DNA of 64,000 bases from Marinicella sp. (GTDB lineage: Bacteria; Pseudomonadota; Gammaproteobacteria; Xanthomonadales; Marinicellaceae): positions 2,208,001 through 2,272,000 of the forward strand of contig OZ246001.1 in assembly GCA_965230295.1 (NCBI GenBank), read 5' to 3'. The number at the start of each line of letters is the position of its first letter. Positions within the stretch are counted from its first letter, which is position 1. The notes below the pieces were generated by a model that saw only the letters and a list, made by a program, of their open reading frames with translations, was not told where the DNA came from and searched no databases. Positions 20,531-30,775 of the stretch are shown here, one piece after another. Made by a program: the position numbers and the translations under genes.

Positions 20531-21286
20531 TTAACGCTTATGGGGTTCATAAGGCGCCTTGATGTAAATGTACAATGTCAGCACCAACAAACTGGCTGCC
20601 AGCCACATTAATTTTCGCCAAAGATTGGTCATGTTTGACAAAATTTCAATTTGGTCAACCAAGATGGTTTCACAGGCTCCGTCACCCGTGTCATTACGAG
20701 TGATGCTGGTGCCTCTTTCAAACCCCATGGGGTTTTGGTAGTGAGCCAGCCACCCTTTGAGGTGGATTTGGTCTCCAATTCTGATTTCATCTATGGTGTC
20801 TCTGACCCATTCATCAATGGCCAACAGGTGGTTGTTGGACAATTGATGAGGTTCAAAGGCCTCCCATGCCGCTTGGCTTTTGGTGCCAAACTGACAAGAA
20901 AACTGTCCATTGCTGAAGTCGAATTCACGCAAAATTTCCGGGTCAGCAGATTGACCCCAAACGACACAATAATCAGCCACATTCAAGTGGTCTTTGTTGA
21001 GTGCGTGTATCATCATGCCTCCAGTCGAATCATGCAGGCGGTAAGAGACCACCAAACCATACAGCTCATATTCATATTGAGGCATGATTTTGAATGTCTC
21101 TTCATTGTAAGTGGTTGTAAAAGGAGGCTTGGTGGTCAAAGTTTGGGTGGGATCATTATTCAGGGCTGGTAAGATTTGCATTTGCTCACTGAAATTGTTG
21201 CGCTTAAAGAACGCAATCAGCAGCAAAAAAAAGCTGCAGACCAGCAAGGTATTGTTGAGTTTTAGCATACTTACATTATAAATCAA
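20531..21286 (-). CDS. Conserved hypothetical protein anchored by N- and C-terminal TM helices
   Basis: TM helices at both ends; motifs LSNNHLL, IGDQIHLKGWL, SITRNDTGDGACE; true start may be 21268. Confidence 0.75.
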   Translation of the reverse strand: MIYNVSMLKLNNTLLVCSFFLLLIAFFKRNNFSEQMQILPALNNDPTQTLTTKPPFTTTYNEETFKIMPQYEYELYGLVVSYRLHDSTGGMMIHALNKDHLNVADYCVVWGQSADPEILREFDFSNGQFSCQFGTKSQAAWEAFEPHQLSNNHLLAIDEWVRDTIDEIRIGDQIHLKGWLAHYQNPMGFERGTSITRNDTGDGACETILVDQIEILSNMTNLWRKLMWLAASLLVLTLYIYIKAPYEPHKR

Positions 21287-21419
21287 GCATGACGAACTTT
21301 CTTGCTGGAATACCTGTGATCTTTGCGCATTTGAACAGATAAACCTTGGATATTAAATAACTGCAAATTTGCTTGATAAAAGCGCTAAAATACAGCTTCA
21401 AATAAATTTAAGCAACGGC

Positions 21420-21905
21420 ATGAAAAACCTAAAAATCATAACCACAGGTGGCACCATCGACAAACTGTATTTTGATGATTTAAGTGATTATCAAATTGGT
21501 AAGCCCATCATCGGAGAATTGTTGAACACCTACCATGTAGGCTTTGATTTTGAAGTGGTACCGTTGTTAAAAAAAGATTCCATTTACATCACTGATGAAG
21601 ACCGTGAACTGATCAAACAAGTGATCGAAAAATCAGATGAGTCACATTTCCTGATCACCCATGGTACAGACACCATGGTTGATACAGCTCAGTATTTGGC
21701 TGACATCAAGGGAAAAACCATCGTCATGACAGGAGCCTTGACGCCGGCCAGGTTCAATACCACTGATGCGATATTTAACATTGGCTGTGCAGTGGCTGCC
21801 GTTCAAACTCAACCTGAAGGTATCTGGGTCATCATGAATGGTTTGGTTTGGGACCCAAAACATGTCCGAAAAAATCGCAAAGCCAATCGATTTGAGGAGG
21901 TTTGA
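21420..21905 (+). CDS. Short asparaginase N-terminal-domain protein
   Basis: ITTGGTIDK and LITHGTDTM catalytic motifs; start ATG 21420. Confidence 0.88.
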   Translation: MKNLKIITTGGTIDKLYFDDLSDYQIGKPIIGELLNTYHVGFDFEVVPLLKKDSIYITDEDRELIKQVIEKSDESHFLITHGTDTMVDTAQYLADIKGKTIVMTGALTPARFNTTDAIFNIGCAVAAVQTQPEGIWVIMNGLVWDPKHVRKNRKANRFEEV

Positions 21906-21906
21906 A

Positions 21907-22524
21907 GTGGCCAATATATTGCGTGTCCATCCGGATAACCCACAACCCAGGTCCATCAAATCAGCCATTGATACGCTTAAAAATGGTGGTTTGATTATCT
22001 ATCCCACTGATTCTGGGTATGCCATAGGCTGGGGGATGGATAACATGAAGGCACCTAAGATAGTGGCTCAAATAAAACAGTTGGATGCCCAACATCATTA
22101 CACCATGATGTGTCGCAGCATTTCTCAAATGACAGACTATGTGTTGGTGGATAACGTGGCTTTTCGCTTGATTAAACACCACACGCCAGGAGCTTATACC
22201 TTTATCATGGCGGCCACCCGACGGGTGCCGAAAAAATTACAACAACAAAAGCGCAAAACCATCGGTGTCAGAATAGCTGACCATCCTGTGGTCGATGCTT
22301 TATTGGATGAACTGGGTGAGCCCATGATGACTTCCACTTTGGAGTTCCCAGACATTGATATGTATGAGTTGGATGTGGATGACATAGAGCTTAAGGTGGG
22401 CAATCGGGTGAACACCATCATTGATGCCGGATATTGTGCGCAAGAACCTTCGACGGTGGTGGATTTATCGACCGGTGATGTCAACATCATCAGACAAGGC
22501 AAAGGAGAAGTTGATTTTGTCTGA
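21907..22524 (+). CDS. yciO: Sua5/YrdC/YciO family protein
   Basis: HPDNPQ, YPTDSGYA, PGAYTFI, IDAG..PSTVVDL; GTG start 21907. Confidence 0.9.
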   Translation: MANILRVHPDNPQPRSIKSAIDTLKNGGLIIYPTDSGYAIGWGMDNMKAPKIVAQIKQLDAQHHYTMMCRSISQMTDYVLVDNVAFRLIKHHTPGAYTFIMAATRRVPKKLQQQKRKTIGVRIADHPVVDALLDELGEPMMTSTLEFPDIDMYELDVDDIELKVGNRVNTIIDAGYCAQEPSTVVDLSTGDVNIIRQGKGEVDFV

Positions 22525-23347
22525 TCTGAAAGAAGAAAACAAACCTCATCAAGTGGTGCAACAAGCTGAAATGCCTTTTGCGGTGGTTGAAGGCAAACCG
22601 TTCACCACCATGCCAACAGACCTGTACATTCCACCTGATGCTTTGGAAGTGATTCTTGAGGCATTTGAAGGCCCATTGGATTTGTTGTTGTATTTAATCA
22701 GACGACAAAATCTAGACATCCTTGACATTCCTATTCATGCCATTACCAAGCAATATGTCGAGTACATTGAGTTGATGCACCAAATGAATTTTGAACTGGC
22801 AGCTGAATATTTGGTGATGGCCGCCATGTTGGCAGAAATCAAATCCAGGATGTTGTTACCCAAGACCCATGAAGATGAAGAGACAGAGGAAGATCCCCGC
22901 GCTGAATTGATTCGCAGGTTGCAAGAATATGAACGCTTCAAACAAGCGGCTGAGGACATCGATGGATTACCTCGAATCGGCCGTGATGTCTGGGTGGCCC
23001 ATGCCTACCTTGAAAAACAACCAGAACAACAAGAAATTGTTACAGTCACGATGCAAGATCTGGTGATGGCATTCAAAGAAGTGATGATGCGTGCCGATTT
23101 AAAAATTTCTCATGCCATCGAACGAGAGGTGTTGAGTGTGAGGGATCGGATGACCCTGGTGTTGGACAGTTTGTTACAACAAAAAACGGTTAACTTCAGG
23201 TCATTGTTCAAAGCCAAAGAAGGCAAACAAGGTGCATTGGTGACTTTTTTAGCTATTTTGGAGTTGTTAAAAGCGCACTCAATCGAGTTGGTGCAACAAG
23301 CTCCGTTTGCAGATATTTATTTACAATCCAGTGGTACAGAGGCCTGA
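22517..23347 (+). CDS. scpA: Segregation/condensation protein A
   Basis: DLYIPPDAL, FEGPLDLLLYLI, AAEYLVMAA, VTFLAILEL; AGGAG RBS before TTG 22517. Confidence 0.94.
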   Translation: MSDLKEENKPHQVVQQAEMPFAVVEGKPFTTMPTDLYIPPDALEVILEAFEGPLDLLLYLIRRQNLDILDIPIHAITKQYVEYIELMHQMNFELAAEYLVMAAMLAEIKSRMLLPKTHEDEETEEDPRAELIRRLQEYERFKQAAEDIDGLPRIGRDVWVAHAYLEKQPEQQEIVTVTMQDLVMAFKEVMMRADLKISHAIEREVLSVRDRMTLVLDSLLQQKTVNFRSLFKAKEGKQGALVTFLAILELLKAHSIELVQQAPFADIYLQSSGTEA

Positions 23348-23349
23348 TT

Positions 23350-23997
23350 ATGGAAATCACTCAAGTTAAAAACATCATCGAAGCCGCCTTGATGGCATTT
23401 GATGAACCGATGAGCATGAAAAACCTGGTGAATTTATTTCCAGAAGAGGAGTTGACCAGCAATGACATCAACCAGGCCTTGAATGAATTGGAACAGGATT
23501 ACCAGGATCGTGGGATCGAATTGAAAAGATTATCAAAAGGTTACCGCTTACAAACCAGAGAGTCGATACAACCCTGGTTACAAAACATGTGGGAACAAAA
23601 GCCCAGAAAATTATCCAGGGCATTGTTAGAAACGCTGGCATTGATTGCTTATCGACAACCCATCACAAGGGGTGAAATTGAGGACATACGTGGGGTTGCT
23701 GTTTCCAGCAAGATCATACATTACATGATGGATAAGGAGTGGATACGCATTTTGGGTTACCGAGATGTGCCTGGAAAACCAGCCATGTTGGGTACCACGA
23801 AATCATTTCTGGATTATTTTAACTTGAATTCATTGCAAGATTTACCCAGTTTATCGGAAATCAAAGACATTGACACTCTGGAACAAGAGCTGCAATTCAC
23901 CGAGTTGCAACAACCGGCCGAGGAACCCAATAATGATGTAGATCAATCTGATGCAGATCCAACACCTGAAACCGATGAGCAGGGGGCACAATTATGA
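23350..23997 (+). CDS. scpB: SMC-Scp complex subunit ScpB
   Basis: IEAAL, LETLALIAYRQPITRGEIEDIRGV, GTTKSFLDYF. Confidence 0.96.
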   Translation: MEITQVKNIIEAALMAFDEPMSMKNLVNLFPEEELTSNDINQALNELEQDYQDRGIELKRLSKGYRLQTRESIQPWLQNMWEQKPRKLSRALLETLALIAYRQPITRGEIEDIRGVAVSSKIIHYMMDKEWIRILGYRDVPGKPAMLGTTKSFLDYFNLNSLQDLPSLSEIKDIDTLEQELQFTELQQPAEEPNNDVDQSDADPTPETDEQGAQL

Positions 23998-24809
23998 AGT
24001 CTGAAGAATATGATTTCGAACCCACAGAAAGGATTCAAAAAACACTGGCTCGATGTGGTTTGGGTTCACGAAGACAAATTGAGGCCGCCATAAAACTCGG
24101 TCAAATCAACATCAATCGTGAACCGGTTGAACTGGGGCAGAAACTACAAGTCGGTGATAAAATCTCATGGAAAAATCGGGCTTGGGTGGTTGAAGCTGAG
24201 CATGTGATGCCACGGGTCTTGATGTACAACAAACCGTTGGGTCAGGTCACCACCCGCAAGGATGAAAAAGACCGGCCAACTGTGTTTGATGGCTTGCCGA
24301 AACTGAAAGGTCAGAAATGGTTGAACATTGGCCGGCTAGACATCAACACCACGGGGTTGTTGTTATTCACCACCGATGGAGGTCTGGCGAATCACATGAT
24401 GCATCCCAGTGCCAACATTGATCGTGAATATGCCTGTCGTGTGTTTGGTGATATTACAGAGGAAGCGATTCACAACCTGTTGTCTGGTGTTGAGCTCGAA
24501 GATGGTGTGGCTAAATTTTCTGATATACAAGCTGCCGGCGGTGAAGAAAAAGGGGCCAACAGTTGGTTCCATGTGGCCATCATGGAGGGCAAGAACCGGG
24601 AGGTCAGGCGCTTGTGGGAATCTCAAAACATCCAGGTCAATCGACTCAAGAGGGTGCGATATGGGGGTGTATTCTTACCGAAGAATCTACGCAAAGGTCA
24701 ACATCGCGAGTTGAATCAGAAAGAGTTGGACATTTTGTTTAAGGACACCAAGTACTCACCACCAACACAATCATTGGTGGTCAAGTCGGTCAAAAAAGGA
24801 CGTCGCTGA
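23994..24809 (+). CDS. rluB: 23S rRNA pseudouridine synthase RluB
   Basis: S4 domain ERIQKTLA..SRR, GRLDINTTGLLL, EGKNREVRRL. Confidence 0.92.
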   Translation: MKSEEYDFEPTERIQKTLARCGLGSRRQIEAAIKLGQININREPVELGQKLQVGDKISWKNRAWVVEAEHVMPRVLMYNKPLGQVTTRKDEKDRPTVFDGLPKLKGQKWLNIGRLDINTTGLLLFTTDGGLANHMMHPSANIDREYACRVFGDITEEAIHNLLSGVELEDGVAKFSDIQAAGGEEKGANSWFHVAIMEGKNREVRRLWESQNIQVNRLKRVRYGGVFLPKNLRKGQHRELNQKELDILFKDTKYSPPTQSLVVKSVKKGRR

Positions 24810-25415
24810 TCACCACTTAAAGGGTGGTTTCTTGCGCCAGTATTGAATCAGTAAAAATCCGGTTATGGCGCCACCCAAGTGGGCGATGTGTGCAATGCCG
24901 TCATTGCGTGGATTGATGCTGCTGAACAAAGCAATGCCAGCAAATATCATGACAAAGTATTTGGCCTTCATGGGGATTGGTGGAATGATCAATTGGATGG
25001 TGTGGTTAGGCCACATCATGCCATAGGCCACCAATAAACCATAGACCGCACCAGAAATGCCGATCGCTGGAGCCTGGCTGAGTAATGTGTTGGCCAATCC
25101 AGAGCCTATGATACAGACTATGATGAAGATGCCGTACCTTTTTTCTCCCCAATAATGTTCGATTTGCGAACCAAACATCCAGATGGCAAACCCGTTGAAA
25201 AACAAATGCATCAGGTTGCCATGCAACAAAGCATAGGTGATGAGTTGCCAGGGGTAAAACCAAGGTGTATCAATCGGATACAGTGGAAAATAGCGACCAA
25301 TGAATTGGCCACCGGTTTGCCCCAGTATTTGTTGAAAGATAAACATCACCACGATGGCAATCAAGATGTTCCGGGTGACTGGAGGAATGGCGTTCAGTGG
25401 GTTGTTACTTTGCAT
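24810..25415 (-). CDS. Rhomboid intramembrane serine protease
   Basis: WQLITYALLHG..HLFFN, GISGAVYG (catalytic Ser), AHIAHLGG. Confidence 0.93.
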   Translation of the reverse strand: MQSNNPLNAIPPVTRNILIAIVVMFIFQQILGQTGGQFIGRYFPLYPIDTPWFYPWQLITYALLHGNLMHLFFNGFAIWMFGSQIEHYWGEKRYGIFIIVCIIGSGLANTLLSQAPAIGISGAVYGLLVAYGMMWPNHTIQLIIPPIPMKAKYFVMIFAGIALFSSINPRNDGIAHIAHLGGAITGFLLIQYWRKKPPFKW

Positions 25416-25875
25416 TGGGTTTAAAAAAGTTGATCAATTGAGCAGGTAATCTGAGGCCATCTGCCGCTATTTCAAGTTGATAATGTCCCACGCAGGCTGG
25501 GCTGAAGGTTTGTGGTGCCAAAGGTTGTAGGTATTTGGCTAAATAGGACATGGTGGGGTTGTGGCCAACCAACACCAAAGCATTTTCTCCATGGTTTTGT
25601 TGTATGACGTCGCACCAGTCGCCCACACGAGCATGGTAGAGGTGTTCAAGGGCGGATGTGGATTGGGCCTGAATGACCTGATCAATCATTTGTGCCGTCA
25701 TGCGGGTTCTTAGGGCGTCAGAACAGATGATTTTATGGGGCCCTTGTGAGTGGTCATGAATGAATTTTCCTGCGAGCTTGGCTTGTTGTTCACCCAATTT
25801 TGATAACGGTCTTTGGTGATCATTCACGGCAGTGAAAGGTGAATCGCCATGTCGAACCAGAAATATTTGCATCAT
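25405..25875 (-). CDS. sixA: SixA-like histidine phosphatase
   Basis: LVRHG, DHQRPLS, SDALRT, LVGHNP. Confidence 0.85.
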   Translation of the reverse strand: MMQIFLVRHGDSPFTAVNDHQRPLSKLGEQQAKLAGKFIHDHSQGPHKIICSDALRTRMTAQMIDQVIQAQSTSALEHLYHARVGDWCDVIQQNHGENALVLVGHNPTMSYLAKYLQPLAPQTFSPACVGHYQLEIAADGLRLPAQLINFFKPNAK

Positions 25876-26834
25876 TGTGTTTCTAATTGCTTGGCTTTTT
25901 TTAGAAAGGCTGCTTTTATTTCTGTATCAGTCATTTCATCGGGCAGTTGTTCGATGTGATCAGACAAGGCAATTAACTTATCAATGTTGTTTTGTTTTTT
26001 CCGGTTAAACAGCTCTTTGCTGATGTTGGCATTGAATACTTGTTGATCAAAAAAGTAAATTTTCTGTTGTTGACTAAAAAACTGATGGGCTGAAATGGGC
26101 ACATGTTCATGGGCAACCAATTCATCGAAAATATGAACCGCTGAATCAGCAAATTGGCTGATGGGTAAACTGACATTGGCCGTGTCTAAATCACATCCCA
26201 GTAACACCAGTTGCTCATCGTTTTTATTGGGCAGTTTTAATTGCTGTAATAAATGGTTGGCCAAGTTGCCTTGGAAAAAGTTCTTGCTGCGTTTGCCACC
26301 AGAACCAAATGTGCTGCCTTCTATCATGGTTTTAAGCAACAGTATATGGTGTTCATTCCACAAGACATCATCTCCGGTTATTTCAATGATGCGTTGGGCT
26401 TCTTCAAAACTGGCTTTTTCATTGGCCCCAACCAAAGATTTGAGGTTATCCTCCAGTCTGGGTTCTGCTTGTCTGAGATCATGACAAGCAGCGAAAAAGC
26501 TGAGCACGGCCAGACCGTTTGGTGTAAGTTGTTTGGGGTAGTTTTTGGCACAATGCATCAACCTCAAGATCAAGTCATTGATGTGCAGTTCATTGTGATA
26601 GGTTCTGGGGTTTTTGCTTAAATAGCCATTCCTCACAGTCATGCGAGCATAGGCTATGGTCATGGCTTGAATCAGCGTTTCCTGCCATGGCATGGCATGA
26701 AAGACTTCTTTGGCCCAATGGGTCCACAGGAACAGTTGTTGGTGACCATCAGGTAACTGAGACAACGCGTTTTGCGCTTTCTCAAAGTCGCAGATGTCTG
26801 CTTCCGTCTCGTCTATGCCGATGGCCGAACCCAT
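25872..26834 (-). CDS. HD/PDEase-fold metal-dependent phosphohydrolase
   Basis: YHNELHINDL, AACHDL, NEKAS, GCDLDTAN metal-ligand pattern. Confidence 0.7.
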   Translation of the reverse strand: MGSAIGIDETEADICDFEKAQNALSQLPDGHQQLFLWTHWAKEVFHAMPWQETLIQAMTIAYARMTVRNGYLSKNPRTYHNELHINDLILRLMHCAKNYPKQLTPNGLAVLSFFAACHDLRQAEPRLEDNLKSLVGANEKASFEEAQRIIEITGDDVLWNEHHILLLKTMIEGSTFGSGGKRSKNFFQGNLANHLLQQLKLPNKNDEQLVLLGCDLDTANVSLPISQFADSAVHIFDELVAHEHVPISAHQFFSQQQKIYFFDQQVFNANISKELFNRKKQNNIDKLIALSDHIEQLPDEMTDTEIKAAFLKKAKQLETQ

Positions 26835-26849
26835 GTTTTCTGTGATGTG

Positions 26850-27377
26850 TTACCCTTGATACTGTTGTTTTAGTTTAACATAATGTTGCGCAGAATATTC
26901 CAATGTTTGTTTTTCTGCCGGACTCAAATCCCTCACTTTTCTGGCAGGGTTGCCCACCCAAAGCTCACCTGATTTGACTGTTTTATCAGGTGTTAACACA
27001 CTGCCGGCACCCAACATGCTGTGGTGTCCCATTTGCGTATCATCCAACACCCTTGAGCCCATCCCAACCAGGCAATAATCATCTATCTGACAGGCGTGTA
27101 ATATGACCCCATGACCAACGGTAACACCCTCACCAATAACCAACGGTCCACCATCAGGGTTTTCAGCATTGCGGTGTGTGACATGTAGTATGCTGCCGTC
27201 TTGTATATTGCTGCATGCGCCAATTTGAATGCTGTTAACATCTCCACGTATAACAACCAAAGGCCAAACTGAAGCGTCCTTGGCAATGCTAACTTCTCCA
27301 ATGATGACAGCTGTTGGGTCTACGAATACTGATGGGTCTATTTTGGGTTGGTGTGATTTAAAGGGTCTGAGTGGCAT
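26850..27377 (-). CDS. yrdA: Gamma-class carbonic anhydrase family protein (YrdA-like)
   Basis: IRGDVNSI, NIQDGSILH, VGHGVILHAC hexapeptide repeats. Confidence 0.93.
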   Translation of the reverse strand: MPLRPFKSHQPKIDPSVFVDPTAVIIGEVSIAKDASVWPLVVIRGDVNSIQIGACSNIQDGSILHVTHRNAENPDGGPLVIGEGVTVGHGVILHACQIDDYCLVGMGSRVLDDTQMGHHSMLGAGSVLTPDKTVKSGELWVGNPARKVRDLSPAEKQTLEYSAQHYVKLKQQYQG

Positions 27378-27410
27378 GTTAATTGAGTCAGCTGGGTGAA
27401 GAAATTAATG

Positions 27411-27441
27411 AAAAAAACGCCCCAAAAGATTGAGGCGTTTT
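27411..27441 (-). terminator. Intrinsic terminator of SPFH operon
   Basis: Minus strand AAAACGCCTCAA-TCTT-TTGGGGCGTTTTTTT. Confidence 0.8.
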
Positions 27442-27465
27442 GAGTCCTTTTGAACGATCTGGGTT

Positions 27466-29292
27466 TTAGTAAGTGATGTTGATGTCAGTTGTGAAACCCT
27501 TATCAGTGAAGGTCATTGACATGACTTGGTTTTTCCAATACAGCATGCTTAAAGAAAATTCTTTTTGCATTTTCAGCTCCTCTTTAAGCTCAGCTGGCAT
27601 GTTGGGCATTTCCGCCATGGAGAAAATTTGTTCCAACAGGTCTTTGTAACCATCAGCGCTGGCAGAAAATGTCAGCAAGGCCGCTTGTCCTTCATCATTG
27701 ACCTTTTTACTCAATGCCCCACCGCCTTCGTGGCCCATTGAAAAACCTATGGTGTCAGAAGAAACAGCTGCATATAAATTGGCAATGTCCAAGGGAATGT
27801 CCTTACCGCTGATCATGGGTACTTTGTCTGCCAAAGTGATTAAAGAACCATCCGTTTTGATGTCAACTTCTTGTAATTGTGGCACCATCATTTGGGCCAT
27901 GCCTAACAAAGCTTCTGTTTCATCTACAGCTAAAAAGACTTGAGTTTTTAAACTTTCAATCATGTCTTTAGGGTTGGGGTTGGCAGCTGAGGCGGCATCC
28001 ATGTTCAGTTTCAGCTCATCCAAAGAAAAGTTAAAACCTTTGAAGTTACCGACAAAAGGTGGAATCGGTTGTGATAACTTGGCTTGAAATTCTGCCATTT
28101 TGTCATTCATGTCTGTGAAGTGTTCACAAGCATAAGGGTTTGCAACACGCTCACTGACGTATTTGCTCGCCAAATTCTTCGCATTGAGTAAATCAAAACT
28201 CATGCCAACTGACATCGCGGCATCTGGATTACCATGTGGTATTCTACCGGCCAATGTCGCCATGTCTTGAGACATTGTTGATTCCATTTCCCATACAAAT
28301 GATGCGTTGATGGTGTCGTTGGATAATGTTTTATTACCAGCCACCAAGCGCGGGGCATTGGCAAACATGGCTGAGATTTCTGTTTTGCAGGCTGGTGATA
28401 GCATGTTGTCTTCAATTTGCAGGAAATTCACCATAGCCGAGTTGTGTTTGGCTGGGTTGATGAAATGGTCAGCAATTTTTTCTATGTCTAAAACCAAGAG
28501 GTCATCCATGGTATAGCCATGGGCTTGCTTGACTTGTTGCATCAAAGAAGCATCACTGGCCAATGATGTTGTGGGTAGTGAGGTGCCTACTAATTGACCA
28601 ATCATTTGATCCTTGATCACAGATGGAGCGCCACTGACTACCAAGTAGTCATCATGGGTGGCGATGAATACAGTCATGTTATCGGCAGCCAGCTCTCTGA
28701 CTTGAACACCACTGACATCAGAAGTTGTGAACTGTACTTCAAACTGTGTTTGCAGATCAGCCAACATGGCCTCTATCTGGTGACCATCACTCAGTTTGAT
28801 GCGTATCACCGGAAATAAATCAACCATGTATATGGCCAATTGTGTTTCACCCATTTTCATGCCGATTTTGCCAAAATTCTCATCCAAAAACCATTGGTCG
28901 ACAAAGGTCTTGGCTTTTTGCTTCATCAGGTCACTTTTTGAAGGTTCTGCTGGGTCCGCAGAATCTGTATTCTCACCTTCTTCTAGTTCTGCTGCAATGG
29001 CATCGTAGGCATTGGATTTTTCAGCAAGGGCTTTGTCCATCATGAGGCGGATGTAATTAACAGCACCCTCCATGTTGGCCTCCATCACTTCAAGATAACG
29101 GTCAGGGTACTGTTCAGGGTTCAAGCCTGAAGTAATCAACAACGGTGTATCGGCTGGGATATAGGTCAATATTTTTGGTTGTTCACTGACAGCTGTTACC
29201 GTGCTGGCGGTCTGTTGGTTTTCTGTTTGTTTATCTTCACCACAAGCAACCAACAAGGTTGTGATCGAAGCAATTAGCATGAATTTTTTCAT
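27466..29292 (-). CDS. Hypothetical lipoprotein (608 aa)
   Basis: Lipobox LVAC; LTYIPADTPL start of mature domain; ATGA overlap with nfeD. Confidence 0.82.
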   Translation of the reverse strand: MKKFMLIASITTLLVACGEDKQTENQQTASTVTAVSEQPKILTYIPADTPLLITSGLNPEQYPDRYLEVMEANMEGAVNYIRLMMDKALAEKSNAYDAIAAELEEGENTDSADPAEPSKSDLMKQKAKTFVDQWFLDENFGKIGMKMGETQLAIYMVDLFPVIRIKLSDGHQIEAMLADLQTQFEVQFTTSDVSGVQVRELAADNMTVFIATHDDYLVVSGAPSVIKDQMIGQLVGTSLPTTSLASDASLMQQVKQAHGYTMDDLLVLDIEKIADHFINPAKHNSAMVNFLQIEDNMLSPACKTEISAMFANAPRLVAGNKTLSNDTINASFVWEMESTMSQDMATLAGRIPHGNPDAAMSVGMSFDLLNAKNLASKYVSERVANPYACEHFTDMNDKMAEFQAKLSQPIPPFVGNFKGFNFSLDELKLNMDAASAANPNPKDMIESLKTQVFLAVDETEALLGMAQMMVPQLQEVDIKTDGSLITLADKVPMISGKDIPLDIANLYAAVSSDTIGFSMGHEGGGALSKKVNDEGQAALLTFSASADGYKDLLEQIFSMAEMPNMPAELKEELKMQKEFSLSMLYWKNQVMSMTFTDKGFTTDINITY

Positions 29293-29750
29293 GAGGTTTT
29301 CTCTCCAGAAATTTCTACAATTAATACGGTTCCGTCAATGTCAGTGACTTTGACAGTGGTATCGACAGGTGCATCATTGCCTTTGACTTTCCAAGTCGAA
29401 TCATCCACTTTGATTTTGCCGACACCATTAACAATGGCCTTGCTTAATTGAAAGGACCTGCCAATGTACTGGTGACCACGTTTGTTCAAGGTTGGGCGGG
29501 TACTGGTCTTATCGCGTTTTTTATCATAGATGTACCAAGCAATCACTGACAAAATAGAGGTGGCAGTGAAAACCACCATTTGAGCCCCCCAGTCAATGCC
29601 AAACATCCATTGCAACAACGCAACCAGAAAGGCTGAAAAACTGACCCACAACAAATAATATGAGCCCACCAACATTTCAATCACCAATAACAACACGGCA
29701 GCGGTCAGCCAGTGCCAGGGAGTGAGTGCAATCAGAAAACTCATGATCAT
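29289..29750 (-). CDS. NfeD family protein (YbbJ-like)
   Basis: 3 TM helices + [19 protein letters not shown] fold. Confidence 0.92.
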   Translation of the reverse strand: MIMSFLIALTPWHWLTAAVLLLVIEMLVGSYYLLWVSFSAFLVALLQWMFGIDWGAQMVVFTATSILSVIAWYIYDKKRDKTSTRPTLNKRGHQYIGRSFQLSKAIVNGVGKIKVDDSTWKVKGNDAPVDTTVKVTDIDGTVLIVEISGEKTS

Positions 29751-30667
29751 GATGGGTCCTTGTTGGTGATGTCTTTGGCCAGTTCTGTGATACCAGCCAA
29801 TGAACCCAATACTTTAGTGGCTTCCATGGGTAAGATCATGGTTTTTTGATTGGGGGAATTGGCGAACTTACCAAATTCTTCCAGGTATTTTTGTGCCACA
29901 AAGTAGTTGATGGCATTGACATCTCCAGCTGCAATGGCCTTTGATACCATATGCGTGGCTTTGGCTTCAGCCTCGGCTTGTCTTTCACGCGCCTCAGCTT
30001 CTCTGAATGCGGCTTCCTTCAGACCTTCTGCTTCTAGGATGGCTGCTTGTTTCGAGCCTTCTGCTTTCAAGATTTCAGATTGTCGCTTACCTTCAGCTTC
30101 AAGGATTTCTGCCCGTTTTTCACGTTCAGCCTTCATTTGTCTGGCCATCGATGCCACCAAATCATGGGGTGGTTTGATGTCCTTGATTTCAATTCGTGTT
30201 ACTTTCACGCCCCAGGGTGAAGTGGCTTCATCAACCACGGCCAATAACCGGTGGTTGATTTCATCACGTTTGGATAATGATTCATCCAAATCCATGGCGC
30301 CCAGCACGGTTCTGATGTTGGTCATGGTTAAATTAAGGATGGCATATTCTAAACGGTTGACCTCATAGGCTGCTTTGACGCTGTCTAGGATTTGGTAAAA
30401 CACCACGCCATCCACCGTAACCACCGCATTGTCGCGGGTGATGACTTCTTGAGATGGGACATTGGCCACTTGTTCCATCATGTTAATTTTTCGACCAATG
30501 CGTTCAACAAACGGTACTTTCAAACCCAATCCTGGGGCAAAGACTCGTTTAAACTCTCCAAAACGCTCCACTGTATATTCAAAGCCCTGTGGAACCACCA
30601 CAAACACACTTTTCAGAAAAATGATGCCAAAAACACCCAGAATGATATAAAAAATATAATCTTCCAT
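29747..30667 (-). CDS. qmcA: SPFH/stomatin-like protein (QmcA/YbbK-like)
   Basis: [34 protein letters not shown]. Confidence 0.93.
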   Translation of the reverse strand: MEDYIFYIILGVFGIIFLKSVFVVVPQGFEYTVERFGEFKRVFAPGLGLKVPFVERIGRKINMMEQVANVPSQEVITRDNAVVTVDGVVFYQILDSVKAAYEVNRLEYAILNLTMTNIRTVLGAMDLDESLSKRDEINHRLLAVVDEATSPWGVKVTRIEIKDIKPPHDLVASMARQMKAEREKRAEILEAEGKRQSEILKAEGSKQAAILEAEGLKEAAFREAEARERQAEAEAKATHMVSKAIAAGDVNAINYFVAQKYLEEFGKFANSPNQKTMILPMEATKVLGSLAGITELAKDITNKDPS

Positions 30668-30775
30668 TAAAACTCCTCCAATCGCTTTTTAAGACTAGAT
30701 CTACCTAAATAATAATAGCACCATTATATGATATTTTTCATGTGCCATTAGTGCAAACAGAAATTGATTGATCGA

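Noticed and set aside
21420-21905. Truncated asparaginase as pseudogene
   Set aside because: Both catalytic Thr motifs intact, clean stop coupled to yciO; short stand-alone forms are known
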